Source: an uncultured Gammaproteobacteria bacterium
Lineage (GTDB): Bacteria > Patescibacteriota > Patescibacteriia > SG8-24 > DYFX01
Assembly: GCA_964388605.1 (NCBI GenBank)
Contig: CAYMBC010000001.1
Coordinates: 1-44,117 of the forward strand
Direction: 5' to 3'
Length of the DNA: 44,117 nucleotides
The translations under genes were made by a program, and so were the position numbers. Under the pieces are notes generated by a model that saw only the letters and a list, made by a program, of their open reading frames with translations, did not search any database and was not told where the DNA came from. This document shows, piece by piece, positions 34,686 through 42,700 of this stretch; positions within the stretch are counted from its first letter, which is position 1; every line of letters starts with the position of its first letter.

Positions 34686-35481
34686 CGGCGGATTCTCGCT
34701 GGTCGAGATGCTCGTCGCGTTTTCCGTATTCGCTCTTTTCGTTATCGCAACGACGGGCGTCGTGTCAGGGGTTGCGCGAAACGCGCGCTTCGTCGCCACC
34801 AGCGAGAAGGCCTCGCGGTTGGCGGAAGAAGCTCTTGAAGTCTCTAGAAATCTCAGGGACGCCGCGCCGGATTTTGCGATGCTGCCCGATGGCGCTCACG
34901 GCTTGTCCTACGCGGGGAACATCTGGGGTTTTTCAGGAACTTCGGATTCTCACGATATTTTTACGCGCACGGTCTCAGTCTCGACTGTTGCGCCTAATCA
35001 GAAAAAAATCGATGTCGGCGTGTCATGGACCGAACAAGGCGCTGCGCCGCGTTCTCTGGCCGTCTCCACCTACCTTACCAATTGGCACGCGGTGCTGAAC
35101 GTTGGTAGGGGATTGACGGTGAACAAGATTGTTATCAATCATGGCGGCACGAAGGTTGCTTCCGATTTCGGACCTTTTTTTGCCGGCCAGGACGAAGTGG
35201 TCCTTGGCGAGGCAAGTTTGCTACCTGACGGAACTTACGCCGTTTCCGAGACAGCCGATCCCGAGTACGCGCAAACGTTCAGCGGTGATTGCGACGCGAA
35301 CGGTATGATTACGATCGAAGCGCATTCGACCGTTTCGTGCACGATCACGAACGAGGAAAAGCTCTCGTACCTTACGGTAAACAAGCATGTTATCAATCAT
35401 GGGGGGGGGAAAGACAGCTTCCGATTTCACGTTGACGGTGGATTCCAATCCTGTCGTATCCGGCAGCACGAACGCTTTTAA
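34657..35481 (+). CDS. Giant pilin-like gene, 5' segment (prepilin leader, GspI/PilV-like helix, first beta-sandwich repeat); frame broken at the G9 tract
   Basis: MKKESLPITNGG|FSLVEMLVAFSVFALFV. After 35409 the translation (KDSFRFHVDGGF...) no longer matches the paralogous repeat, whereas the +1 frame does. Confidence 0.75.
   Translation: MKKESLPITNGGFSLVEMLVAFSVFALFVIATTGVVSGVARNARFVATSEKASRLAEEALEVSRNLRDAAPDFAMLPDGAHGLSYAGNIWGFSGTSDSHDIFTRTVSVSTVAPNQKKIDVGVSWTEQGAAPRSLAVSTYLTNWHAVLNVGRGLTVNKIVINHGGTKVASDFGPFFAGQDEVVLGEASLLPDGTYAVSETADPEYAQTFSGDCDANGMITIEAHSTVSCTITNEEKLSYLTVNKHVINHGGGKDSFRFHVDGGFQSCRIRQHERF
35401..35409 (+). repeat. Homopolymeric G9 tract at the frame break of the giant pilin gene
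   Basis: catGGGGGGGGGaaagac. With 8 G the two ORFs fuse into one 631-codon frame (…VINHGGGKTASDFTLTV…). Confidence 0.95.
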
Positions 35482-36553
35482 TTCCGGCGTTCACATCGTT
35501 TCCGAGACAGCCGATCCTGGGTACTTTAAAACGGTCGGCGGTGATTGCGCGGCAGACGGTTCGGTGACGCTTGTGCCAGGAACGACAAAAACGTGCACGG
35601 TCACCAACGAAGAAATCGTTTTAGATGCCGTTCCGGCCCTCGATTCACCCAGCGCCTCTTCCATTACCGCAACTTCCGCGGTTCTTGGAGCGACGGTTCA
35701 ATCGCTCGGCGTTCCATCCGTTGTGACTGCGCGCGGTGTGTGTGTCGGAACCTCGCCGAACCCTTCATGGGAAAGCGGAGCGACCTGTCTTGCAGCGGGT
35801 CTTTCGCAGGAGGTTCCAGGCACGTTTACCGTTTCGGCGGCCTTCTTGGCTCCCGCGACGACCTACCACTTCAGGGGGTTCGCGACGAATTCGACCGGTA
35901 CGGGATACAGCATCGATAGCACATTCACGACGGAGGCTGCTCCCGTGGTGCCGATCGTGGCAAACCCGACCGTTTCATCAATCGGAACGACGACTGTGAC
36001 GCTTGGGGCTGAAATCGTTTTTCCGGGAGTCCCATCTGCGATCATTTCTCGCGGGACATGCTGGGGCACCTTGCCAGCCCCTGTTACTAACTGCGTGGCC
36101 GAAGGTGGTACGACCTCAGGAGTCTTTACGCAAGCTCGTTCCGGTTTCGTTCCGGGAGTAACCTATTATTTCCGCGGGTATGCCACGAACGGTACGGGAA
36201 CAGGATATTCGGCCGACAGCACGTTCAGCACGGCAACCCAGGTCTTCAGCGTGACGGCTACGAATTCGGCTAATTACAGGATCGACGGTGTTAACGATCC
36301 TGTGCTGACGTTGCAGCGAGGTAGGCGGTACGTCTTCACTATTAACGCTCCAGGACATCCGTTCTGGATCAAACTGGGGAACACGTCGAAGACGGCGGGG
36401 ACAGGAAACGCTTACTCCGACGGCGTGACTAACAACGGCGCGACCAGCGGACAGATCATCTTCGATGTCCCGTTGTCGGCTCCGGCTTCCAACCTGTATT
36501 ACATCTGCGAGTTGCACAGCCAGATGAATGCGAACATAAATACGACACCGTAG
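35402..36553 (+). CDS. Giant pilin-like gene, 3' segment (second beta-sandwich repeat, two FN3-like repeats, C-terminal cupredoxin-like domain)
   Basis: GKTASDFTLTVDS...VSETADPGYFKTVGGDC...CTVTNEE parallels HGGTKVASDF...VSETADPEYAQTFSGDC...CTITNEE in the upstream ORF. There are two ITATSAVLGA.../TTYHFRGFATN-type repeats. The tail has GHPFWI ... YYICELHSQM. Confidence 0.75.
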   Translation, partial: GGGKTASDFTLTVDSNPVVSGSTNAFNSGVHIVSETADPGYFKTVGGDCAADGSVTLVPGTTKTCTVTNEEIVLDAVPALDSPSASSITATSAVLGATVQSLGVPSVVTARGVCVGTSPNPSWESGATCLAAGLSQEVPGTFTVSAAFLAPATTYHFRGFATNSTGTGYSIDSTFTTEAAPVVPIVANPTVSSIGTTTVTLGAEIVFPGVPSAIISRGTCWGTLPAPVTNCVAEGGTTSGVFTQARSGFVPGVTYYFRGYATNGTGTGYSADSTFSTATQVFSVTATNSANYRIDGVNDPVLTLQRGRRYVFTINAPGHPFWIKLGNTSKTAGTGNAYSDGVTNNGATSGQIIFDVPLSAPASNLYYICELHSQMNANINTTP

Positions 36554-36554
36554 T

Positions 36555-37055
36555 ATGCGCCATGCATGGGGAACTGATCGCGGCTTTTCTTTGATCGAAG
36601 CGCTTCTTTACGTGGCGATTTTCTCAACATTCATCTTGGGAATTGCCGGTTTTTCCAGCAATCTTCTTGCGGTGCGATCGCGCACTCAGGCTCTGCTGGA
36701 AGTCAACGAACAGGGAGCTGCGGCGCTTCGGGTGATTGCGCAGACGCTGAGAAATGCAAGCTTGGTGAACAGCCCCATACCCGGCAACGCGGGTTCGAGC
36801 CTGAGTCTTGTCACGGCGGATTTGGCAACGAGTCCTACGGTATTTTCGGAGGACGGAGGCGTACTTTCAGTTTCAGAGGGATCCGGAAATCCGATCGCGT
36901 TGACGAATAACAAGGTAATCGCGAGCGACGTGTCGTTTTTGAATCTCTCGAATCCGGGCACGCCGAACATCGTCAAGATACGTTTCGTACTGACCAGCGT
37001 CGCGCTACGGCCGTTTACGGCGGTATTCGAGGGGAGTGCTGCGCTCAGGAAATAA
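36555..37055 (+). CDS. Prepilin-type minor pilin, GspJ/PilW-like
   Basis: MRHAWGTDRG|FSLIEALLYVAIFSTFILG with Glu5. Starts 1 nt after the stop of the preceding gene. Confidence 0.7.
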   Translation: MRHAWGTDRGFSLIEALLYVAIFSTFILGIAGFSSNLLAVRSRTQALLEVNEQGAAALRVIAQTLRNASLVNSPIPGNAGSSLSLVTADLATSPTVFSEDGGVLSVSEGSGNPIALTNNKVIASDVSFLNLSNPGTPNIVKIRFVLTSVALRPFTAVFEGSAALRK

Positions 37056-37060
37056 GCGTT

Positions 37061-37459
37061 ATGAACAGGATGCACATGAAAATCTCGAAGGGTTTTTCCG
37101 CGCTGTTTGTCGTCGTTGTTCTGGGCGGAGTCGCGTTGTCGCTCGCGCTCGCTTTGTCCACGAGCGCTATCTGGTCGATTCGAGGAAGCGTTGATGCTAA
37201 AACATCGAATCAAGCCAAGGCACTGGCAAACGCGTGCGCTGAAGTGGCGTTGGAAACGCTTCGTGAGAATAACGCGTATGTCGGGACAAGCACCTTAACG
37301 CTCGACGGCCAGACCTGCGCCTTCTCGGTCTTGTTCTTAGGGGGTACTGAGCGACGGATTGAAGTGACGGCTACGGTCGGGGATATCGTCCGAAAACTCG
37401 CCGTTATTACAGGTGCGTTCAATCCGCTCGTCGTCTCTTCATGGCAGGAAGTTCCATAA
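37061..37459 (+). CDS. Pilin-like protein lacking Glu5 (GspK/PilX-like)
   Basis: MNRMHMKISKG|FSALFVVVVLGGVALSLALA. Position 5 after the putative cleavage site is Phe, not Glu. The start could also be 37070 or 37076. Confidence 0.6.
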   Translation: MNRMHMKISKGFSALFVVVVLGGVALSLALALSTSAIWSIRGSVDAKTSNQAKALANACAEVALETLRENNAYVGTSTLTLDGQTCAFSVLFLGGTERRIEVTATVGDIVRKLAVITGAFNPLVVSSWQEVP

Positions 37460-37464
37460 AAGGG

Positions 37465-37470
37465 TATAGT
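37465..37470 (+). promoter_or_regulatory. Possible internal -10 box (TATAGT) ahead of the sensor genes
   Basis: gggTATAGTaaagatcgttacAAGGAGGtATG. A strong SD (37483-37489) precedes ATG 37491. Confidence 0.35.
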
Positions 37471-37490
37471 AAAGATCGTTACAAGGAGGT

Positions 37491-39653
37491 ATGGACTTTT
37501 TCCATGCGGTGAGAAATTGGCTTCAACGTTTTGGCTATGCCGTGGCAGGGGCCGCGTTTTTAGCTGCTATTCCCGTCTGGCTCCTCTTTTTTTTAAATGA
37601 GAGTTTTGAGATCCATGAGAATTTTTCATTAGTGACGCACGTCAACTCGTTTGATAACTTTTACGACGTTGAAAAAGGGGTATTTACCGGCGAACGGCCT
37701 TCTGCCACGGTTTTCTCCTATCGAGTCGTCGGAGGTGATAGTCGGCAAGTCTCCGTTGAAAATACATTCGATGTCCGGACCCTTTCAGGGGACAGCATCT
37801 TTAAAGTCTCTAGAATCTACGGCATAGACGCGCATACGGGAAAGCATGTTGCCGGATTGGGAGACCGGGATCGGGCAGGCTATTTGTTTGCCCCTCGCAT
37901 GAAAGGGCTTGCCGCCCAGGTTCCCGATAAAGCTGCTTTTGAGTACTGGCATGTCAATTACAATACGCCGGCACGCATGGAGTACCAGGCCGAGGAGATG
38001 CTCTACAGCCTTCGAGTTTATCGTTACGAGGCGGATCTTACGGCAGATCAGACGAAGGAGCTCGCCGGGATTCTCTCTGGAGTTGGGAAGGACAAGGGGA
38101 TTACGTTGAATGCGCACCTGACCTTGTGGTTTGAGCCTTATACCGGCAGGATCGTGCAATATGCCGATCAGACAGAGGCGTTCTATTATGATTTGTCGGA
38201 CGGAAGGCGTCTGTATCCTTGGAATTCGTTTCATAACAACACGGCAATCGTTTCCGCGGCTCAGCAAGCGAAACTGATAGAGGTTCTCAGGGTACGGGCA
38301 ATTTTTCTAGAGTTTTTTATCCCCGGATTCTTCTTGCTTGCGTCCTTGCTGTGTTTTCTTTATCCGCGGTTGCGCCGCAGCTTATTCGGGGAGGGGGGGA
38401 GAGTACCTGGTTCAAACGCCCCCTTTCTGCTTCCTCTGCTGGCGGCTTCGGCGTTGATGATCCCGACCATCATTCTCTCGTTTGCTCTTGCAGCTCTGGT
38501 GCGCCAGCAGGCCGATGCGGATTTTAACGCGGAGAGCGCGCTCGTGCATGCGGCGATTGAACGGAGACTGGAAACTAACGCCGACGTGTTGCGAGGCGCT
38601 CAGGGGTTATTTTCGGCCTCCGATTTGGTTAAGAGAGAGGCCTGGCGTTCCTATTCCGAAAGTCTTGGCTTGGAAGCGAATTATCCGGCAATCCTCGGTC
38701 TTGGATTCGGCAAGGCGGTTCGTGATGCCGACAAGTCTGCGGTCGAGAACGAGACTCGTAAAGAAGGCTTCGTTGATTTTGGCGTCAGGCCGTCCGGAAC
38801 CCGCGAATGGTACGTGTTGGTGTATTATATCGAACCGTTCGTCGGCGTGAACAGAAACGCCATTGGCTTCGATATGGCCTCGGAAGCCGTTCGACGCGCC
38901 GCGATAGACCACGCCAGCAGCACCGGGTCCATTTCGATGACCGGGAAGATCTTCCTTGTTCAAGACTCCGGAACGAAACCACAACCGGCGTTTATCGTTT
39001 ATGCTCCCGTGTACGAGAAAACGAATACGTCATTGGAGCCGAGGAAACCCCGCGTTGTCCAAGGGTATGTTTATGCAGCGCTCCGTTTGAGCAATCTGAT
39101 GGCCGCTATTCTTTCCAAACAGCCTTCCAATGTCGGTATTGAGATTTTCGATGGGGGGCAGACGGACGGTCTCGACGAGGAACGTTTGATGTACAAGAAC
39201 GATCTCGTAACGCCATCGCCGGCGTTCACGAAAGTTTCCATTATTAACCTGTATAATCACCAATGGGTCGTGCGGTACAGCGCGCCAGCATCGTTCCATT
39301 CCGATGTTATTCGCTCTCGGGCTCCTTGGGCGGTACTAGTCTTCGGCTTGATTTTCTCGCTCCTCGTCGCGCTCATTCTCTACGTGGTCAATACGCAACG
39401 CGCGCGCGCGGAACAAATCGCGATGTCGATGACAAGCGATCTTCGAAGAAAAAATGAGGAGAACGAACGTATTAAGAGCGAGCTAAAAAAGACCAACTTG
39501 GTCATCGAAGAAAAAGCGAAGATTTTGTCCGATAAGGTTGCTGAAGTGGAATCCATCAACAAGCACATGGTCGACAGAGAGTTGCGCATGATTGAATTAA
39601 AAAAACAGTTGTCGCGCATGCGGGGAGAGGACGATTTTAGCGGTGCGCCATGA
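37491..39653 (+). CDS. Membrane sensor-like protein: N-terminal DUF3068-like extracytoplasmic domain, CHASE domain, TM, C-terminal coiled coil; no recognisable output domain
   Basis: The CHASE-like block runs from ADADFNAESALVHAAIERRLE through YPAILGLGFGKAV and REWYVLVYYIEPF..NRNAIGFDM to SISMTGKIFLVQD and AFIVYAPVY. Hydrophobic helices lie near residues 15-35, 280-300, 320-345 and 630-650. The tail is NEENERIKSELKKTNLVIEEKAK. Confidence 0.7.
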   Translation: MDFFHAVRNWLQRFGYAVAGAAFLAAIPVWLLFFLNESFEIHENFSLVTHVNSFDNFYDVEKGVFTGERPSATVFSYRVVGGDSRQVSVENTFDVRTLSGDSIFKVSRIYGIDAHTGKHVAGLGDRDRAGYLFAPRMKGLAAQVPDKAAFEYWHVNYNTPARMEYQAEEMLYSLRVYRYEADLTADQTKELAGILSGVGKDKGITLNAHLTLWFEPYTGRIVQYADQTEAFYYDLSDGRRLYPWNSFHNNTAIVSAAQQAKLIEVLRVRAIFLEFFIPGFFLLASLLCFLYPRLRRSLFGEGGRVPGSNAPFLLPLLAASALMIPTIILSFALAALVRQQADADFNAESALVHAAIERRLETNADVLRGAQGLFSASDLVKREAWRSYSESLGLEANYPAILGLGFGKAVRDADKSAVENETRKEGFVDFGVRPSGTREWYVLVYYIEPFVGVNRNAIGFDMASEAVRRAAIDHASSTGSISMTGKIFLVQDSGTKPQPAFIVYAPVYEKTNTSLEPRKPRVVQGYVYAALRLSNLMAAILSKQPSNVGIEIFDGGQTDGLDEERLMYKNDLVTPSPAFTKVSIINLYNHQWVVRYSAPASFHSDVIRSRAPWAVLVFGLIFSLLVALILYVVNTQRARAEQIAMSMTSDLRRKNEENERIKSELKKTNLVIEEKAKILSDKVAEVESINKHMVDRELRMIELKKQLSRMRGEDDFSGAP

Positions 39654-42112
39654 GGTTCTTTAAGGGATTCGGGATTGGTTTCAAGGTCATAGCGTTGGCT
39701 GCCTTGCTCGCCGCCGTTTTTCTTGGTAGCGCGTTCACATACGTTGCTGTCTCTTCAAGGAACGCGCTGATCGCATCGACGCTCGGCACGCTTCATGCAG
39801 AAATTTTGAGCGAGCAAAGGAACATCGAGACCTACATGTTCCGCGTGAGATCCATGCTCCTGGCCGTAAAGGGCACGGCTCCGGTTCAAGGCATTCTCCG
39901 CGCGCGGGCGAATAACGGTTTTGACGCGCTCGATAACTCAACGCTTGAACAGTGGAGGGCGAGATTGCGCGAAAATTTCAAGGCGGAAATGAGAGCGTCT
40001 CGTCTCTACAGCCAGCTCCGGTATATTGACGAAAACGGCATGGAGGTCGTCAGGGTCGATCTCGTCTCCGGAGAAATCCGTTCGGTTCCGGATGAAGAAT
40101 TGCAGGAGAAAGGCGACCGAGAGTATTTTTTGCAAGCGAAAAAACTTTCCGATGGCGATATTTACGTGTCTTATACGGAACTGAACAAGGAGGGTACTCC
40201 GCCCCGTGTAAGCGTTCCGTATACGCCGACCATACGGTATGCAACTCCTGTTTTTGATGCGAAAAGCAGGAAAAACAAAGGGATCATTATCGCGAATGTC
40301 CTTGTCGATCAAGTTGTTGCCGAAAGCGACCTGCTGAACACTTCAAGCTTTGATGCATTTGTCATCAACTCTTTTGGGTATTTCATAGTCCATCCAAATC
40401 CTGCGAAAGAATGGGGCGGGTCGCAAGATCTTAATACCGGGTTCCGATTGGAAACCGAATTTCCGCTACTTTCCAAGTCGGACTTCAGCGGAAAGAACGG
40501 GTTGTTTCAAAAAGGAGGCGATGTGATCGCGTATGCAAAGATCCAGCCGGATACCGCCAATCCGAATCAAGAATGGATCATCATGGAAAAAGCGCCGACA
40601 AGCATCATTTTTTCCCCGATCAATACAACCATCGCGAACGCTATCAAAGTCGGCGTGGGGGCGTTCTTCGCGCTGTTTTTCGTCTTTTTGTTCGTCATCA
40701 GGAAGATTTTTCAGCCGTTGCAAGACCTGATCAGCGCCGCCGAACGCATTGGTCTCGGTGATTTCTGGGCGTCAGTCTCCGTTCGGAGCCGCGATGAAAT
40801 CGGCACCGTCGCCGAGGCTTTCAATGCGATGGCTCAAAAACTGCGGACTTCGCACAGTCTTTTAGAGCAACGAATTCAGGAGAAGACGCAGGATTTAAGC
40901 GGCAAGGTCGGAGAGTTGGAAAAAACACAGACGGCGATGTCGAATATTCTCGAGGATTTGGAAGACGAAAGAAAAAAACTCACGTCTTCCACGCAGCGCC
41001 TGGCGCTTGCAACGGAGTCGGCGAAGATTGGCGTGTGGGAATGGGATATCGACAATGATGTCCTTTCCTGGGACGCGCAAATGCGCGCTTTGTATGGGAT
41101 CGGAGACAGGGCGTTTGAGGGGACGCGATCCGCATGGAGGAAGTTTTTGCATCCTGACGACAAAAAGGCCGAAGAAGAAGCTTTGCAGCTCGCGCTTCAG
41201 GACAAAAAAAATTTTGATACCGATTTCCGGATCGTTCGTCCTGGAGGAGAAGTTCGGTACGTGAGAGCCTATGCTCTTGTTGAAAGGGATGAGTTCGGGA
41301 AACCGCGCCGAATGATCGGGGTCAATTTTGACATCACACACGAGAAGGAGATTGATCGGGCAAAATCGGAATTCGTCTCCCTTGCTTCCCACCAGCTGCG
41401 CACGCCACTCTCCGCCATCAATTGGTACACGGAAATGCTGCTCGCCGGAGACGCCGGTCCTTTGAATGAGGAGCAAAAAAGCTATCTCAAAGAGGTTGCC
41501 GTCGGAAACAAGCGCATGGTGGATTTGGTCGATGCGCTGTTGAACACCTCTCGTCTTGAACTCGGCACGTTTATTATCGACCCCGTTCCCACCGATGTTG
41601 CCGTGCTCGTGAACAGCGTCCTTAGCGAGCTGAAATCCGATATCGTTAAAAAGAAACTGGTTATTACGGATAAGTTCAATAAATCGTTGCCGAAGTTTAC
41701 GGCGGATGAAAAGCTGTTGCGCATCGTCGTTCAAAACCTCCTTTCAAACGCTGTGAAGTATACCCAAGAAGGAGGAGAGATCCTGGTGAGCTTGGACGTC
41801 ATGGATAATGGCCAAAAATTCGGAAATAAGAAGATTAAGGGGCGGAACATGGTTTTGATGGTTCGCGATTCCGGCATGGGCATTCCCGTGTCGCAACAAG
41901 GGAAGATTTTTTCAAAACTTTTTCGAGCGGATAACGCCAAGGAATCCGAAGCAGAAGGAACGGGTTTAGGTCTCTACATCATCAAATCGATCATCGAACA
42001 GTCTGGAGGAAGCGTGTGGTTCGAGTCGGAAGAAAAGAAGGGGACGGCATTTTACGTCGCGTTTCCGATCATGGGCATGAAAGCCAAAACTGGAAGCAAG
42101 AAATTGGAATAG
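39650..42112 (+). CDS. Sensor histidine kinase (TM - Cache-like domain - TM - HAMP - PAS - HisKA - HATPase_c)
   Basis: HAMP IGLGDFWASVSVRSRDEIGTVAEAFNAM. PAS WEWDIDNDVLSWD...FLHPDD...FRIVRPGGEVRYV. H-box SHQLRTPLSAI, N-box NAVKYT, G-boxes DSGMGIP and GTGLGLYI. ATGA overlap with the upstream gene. Confidence 0.9.
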   Translation: MRFFKGFGIGFKVIALAALLAAVFLGSAFTYVAVSSRNALIASTLGTLHAEILSEQRNIETYMFRVRSMLLAVKGTAPVQGILRARANNGFDALDNSTLEQWRARLRENFKAEMRASRLYSQLRYIDENGMEVVRVDLVSGEIRSVPDEELQEKGDREYFLQAKKLSDGDIYVSYTELNKEGTPPRVSVPYTPTIRYATPVFDAKSRKNKGIIIANVLVDQVVAESDLLNTSSFDAFVINSFGYFIVHPNPAKEWGGSQDLNTGFRLETEFPLLSKSDFSGKNGLFQKGGDVIAYAKIQPDTANPNQEWIIMEKAPTSIIFSPINTTIANAIKVGVGAFFALFFVFLFVIRKIFQPLQDLISAAERIGLGDFWASVSVRSRDEIGTVAEAFNAMAQKLRTSHSLLEQRIQEKTQDLSGKVGELEKTQTAMSNILEDLEDERKKLTSSTQRLALATESAKIGVWEWDIDNDVLSWDAQMRALYGIGDRAFEGTRSAWRKFLHPDDKKAEEEALQLALQDKKNFDTDFRIVRPGGEVRYVRAYALVERDEFGKPRRMIGVNFDITHEKEIDRAKSEFVSLASHQLRTPLSAINWYTEMLLAGDAGPLNEEQKSYLKEVAVGNKRMVDLVDALLNTSRLELGTFIIDPVPTDVAVLVNSVLSELKSDIVKKKLVITDKFNKSLPKFTADEKLLRIVVQNLLSNAVKYTQEGGEILVSLDVMDNGQKFGNKKIKGRNMVLMVRDSGMGIPVSQQGKIFSKLFRADNAKESEAEGTGLGLYIIKSIIEQSGGSVWFESEEKKGTAFYVAFPIMGMKAKTGSKKLE

Positions 42113-42420
42113 CGCGAAGATCCTGTAGGTGCGAGCCTGTTTCATGAGGACGTTTGAACCTGTTCGCTTCCGTCTTTTAGAGTTGAAGATTGGATCTTCA
42201 TTTGGCTCGGGGACTCGGGTTCGAACCGTCGCTGTCGCCTCAGAGTCATCTAAAAATTCGTGACCCCAACCACTGTTAGGATGAGGCAAGAAGATAGGTT
42301 CAAAAAGTAGCCTGTGGAACCGCTTGTCTAGTGAAAGCGCAAAGGCGAGGAGGTCAACCCATTATTCATAAGCGTATTCCATCTCGATTCGAAGTTGGTA
42401 CTTAAGGCGCCAAAATTTGC

Positions 42421-42447
42421 ACTAAAGAAAACCCCACGGACGTGGGG
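42421..42447 (-). terminator. Rho-independent terminator on the minus strand
   Basis: The minus strand reads CCCCAC-gtcc-GTGGGG followed by TTTTCTTTAGT. Confidence 0.5.
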
Positions 42448-42449
42448 TA

Positions 42450-42644
42450 CCGGAGACGGCGCTCTTCTACTCGAGTCTGCTCGCAACCCAAGCTTCGGCC
42501 AAGAGTGTGTTGCTCTCCTTCGGGGCCCAGTCCGTCGCCATGTTCGATGGTGGCGGAAGCACGGGTTTGATCGTCGATGGAGTAACCAAGATCACGGCTG
42601 GTCGCACGGTACCCCATGCGCTCGCCGTCTACGCTGGCAAGTAA
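42450..42644 (+). pseudogene. 3' remnant of a phosphodiester glycosidase-like (DUF2233/NAGPA-type) gene
   Basis: My translation is ...TALFYSSLLATQASAKSVLLSFGAQSVAMFDGGGSTGLIVDGVTKITAGRTVPHALAVYAGK*. The DGGGST motif plus a C-terminal R-x-V-P-x-A-L block fit that family. The frame is closed by TAA at 42423 and has no start or SD. The left boundary is approximate. Confidence 0.5.
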
Positions 42645-42666
42645 CATCATCGAGTACTATACGCAA

Positions 42667-42700
42667 GCGCCGACCTCTTATGGTCGGCGCCTTTTCTTTT
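42667..42700 (+). terminator. Rho-independent terminator of the gene remnant
   Basis: GCGCCGACC-tcttat-GGTCGGCGC (9-bp perfect stem) followed by CTTTTCTTTT. The T-run overlaps the stop of the convergent methyltransferase gene. Confidence 0.75.

Noticed and set aside
42195-42245. tRNA-like element: GGGTTCGAACC T-loop-like palindrome, with minus-strand TCCCCGAGCCA resembling an acceptor 3' strand plus CCA. It could have been an integration-site tRNA fragment.
   Set aside because: The T-stem does not pair beyond 3 bp. GGTTCGAACC is itself a palindrome, so it matches on both strands. No D or anticodon arm can be folded, and only about 67 nt are available. At best it is a decayed fragment, and I cannot support that.
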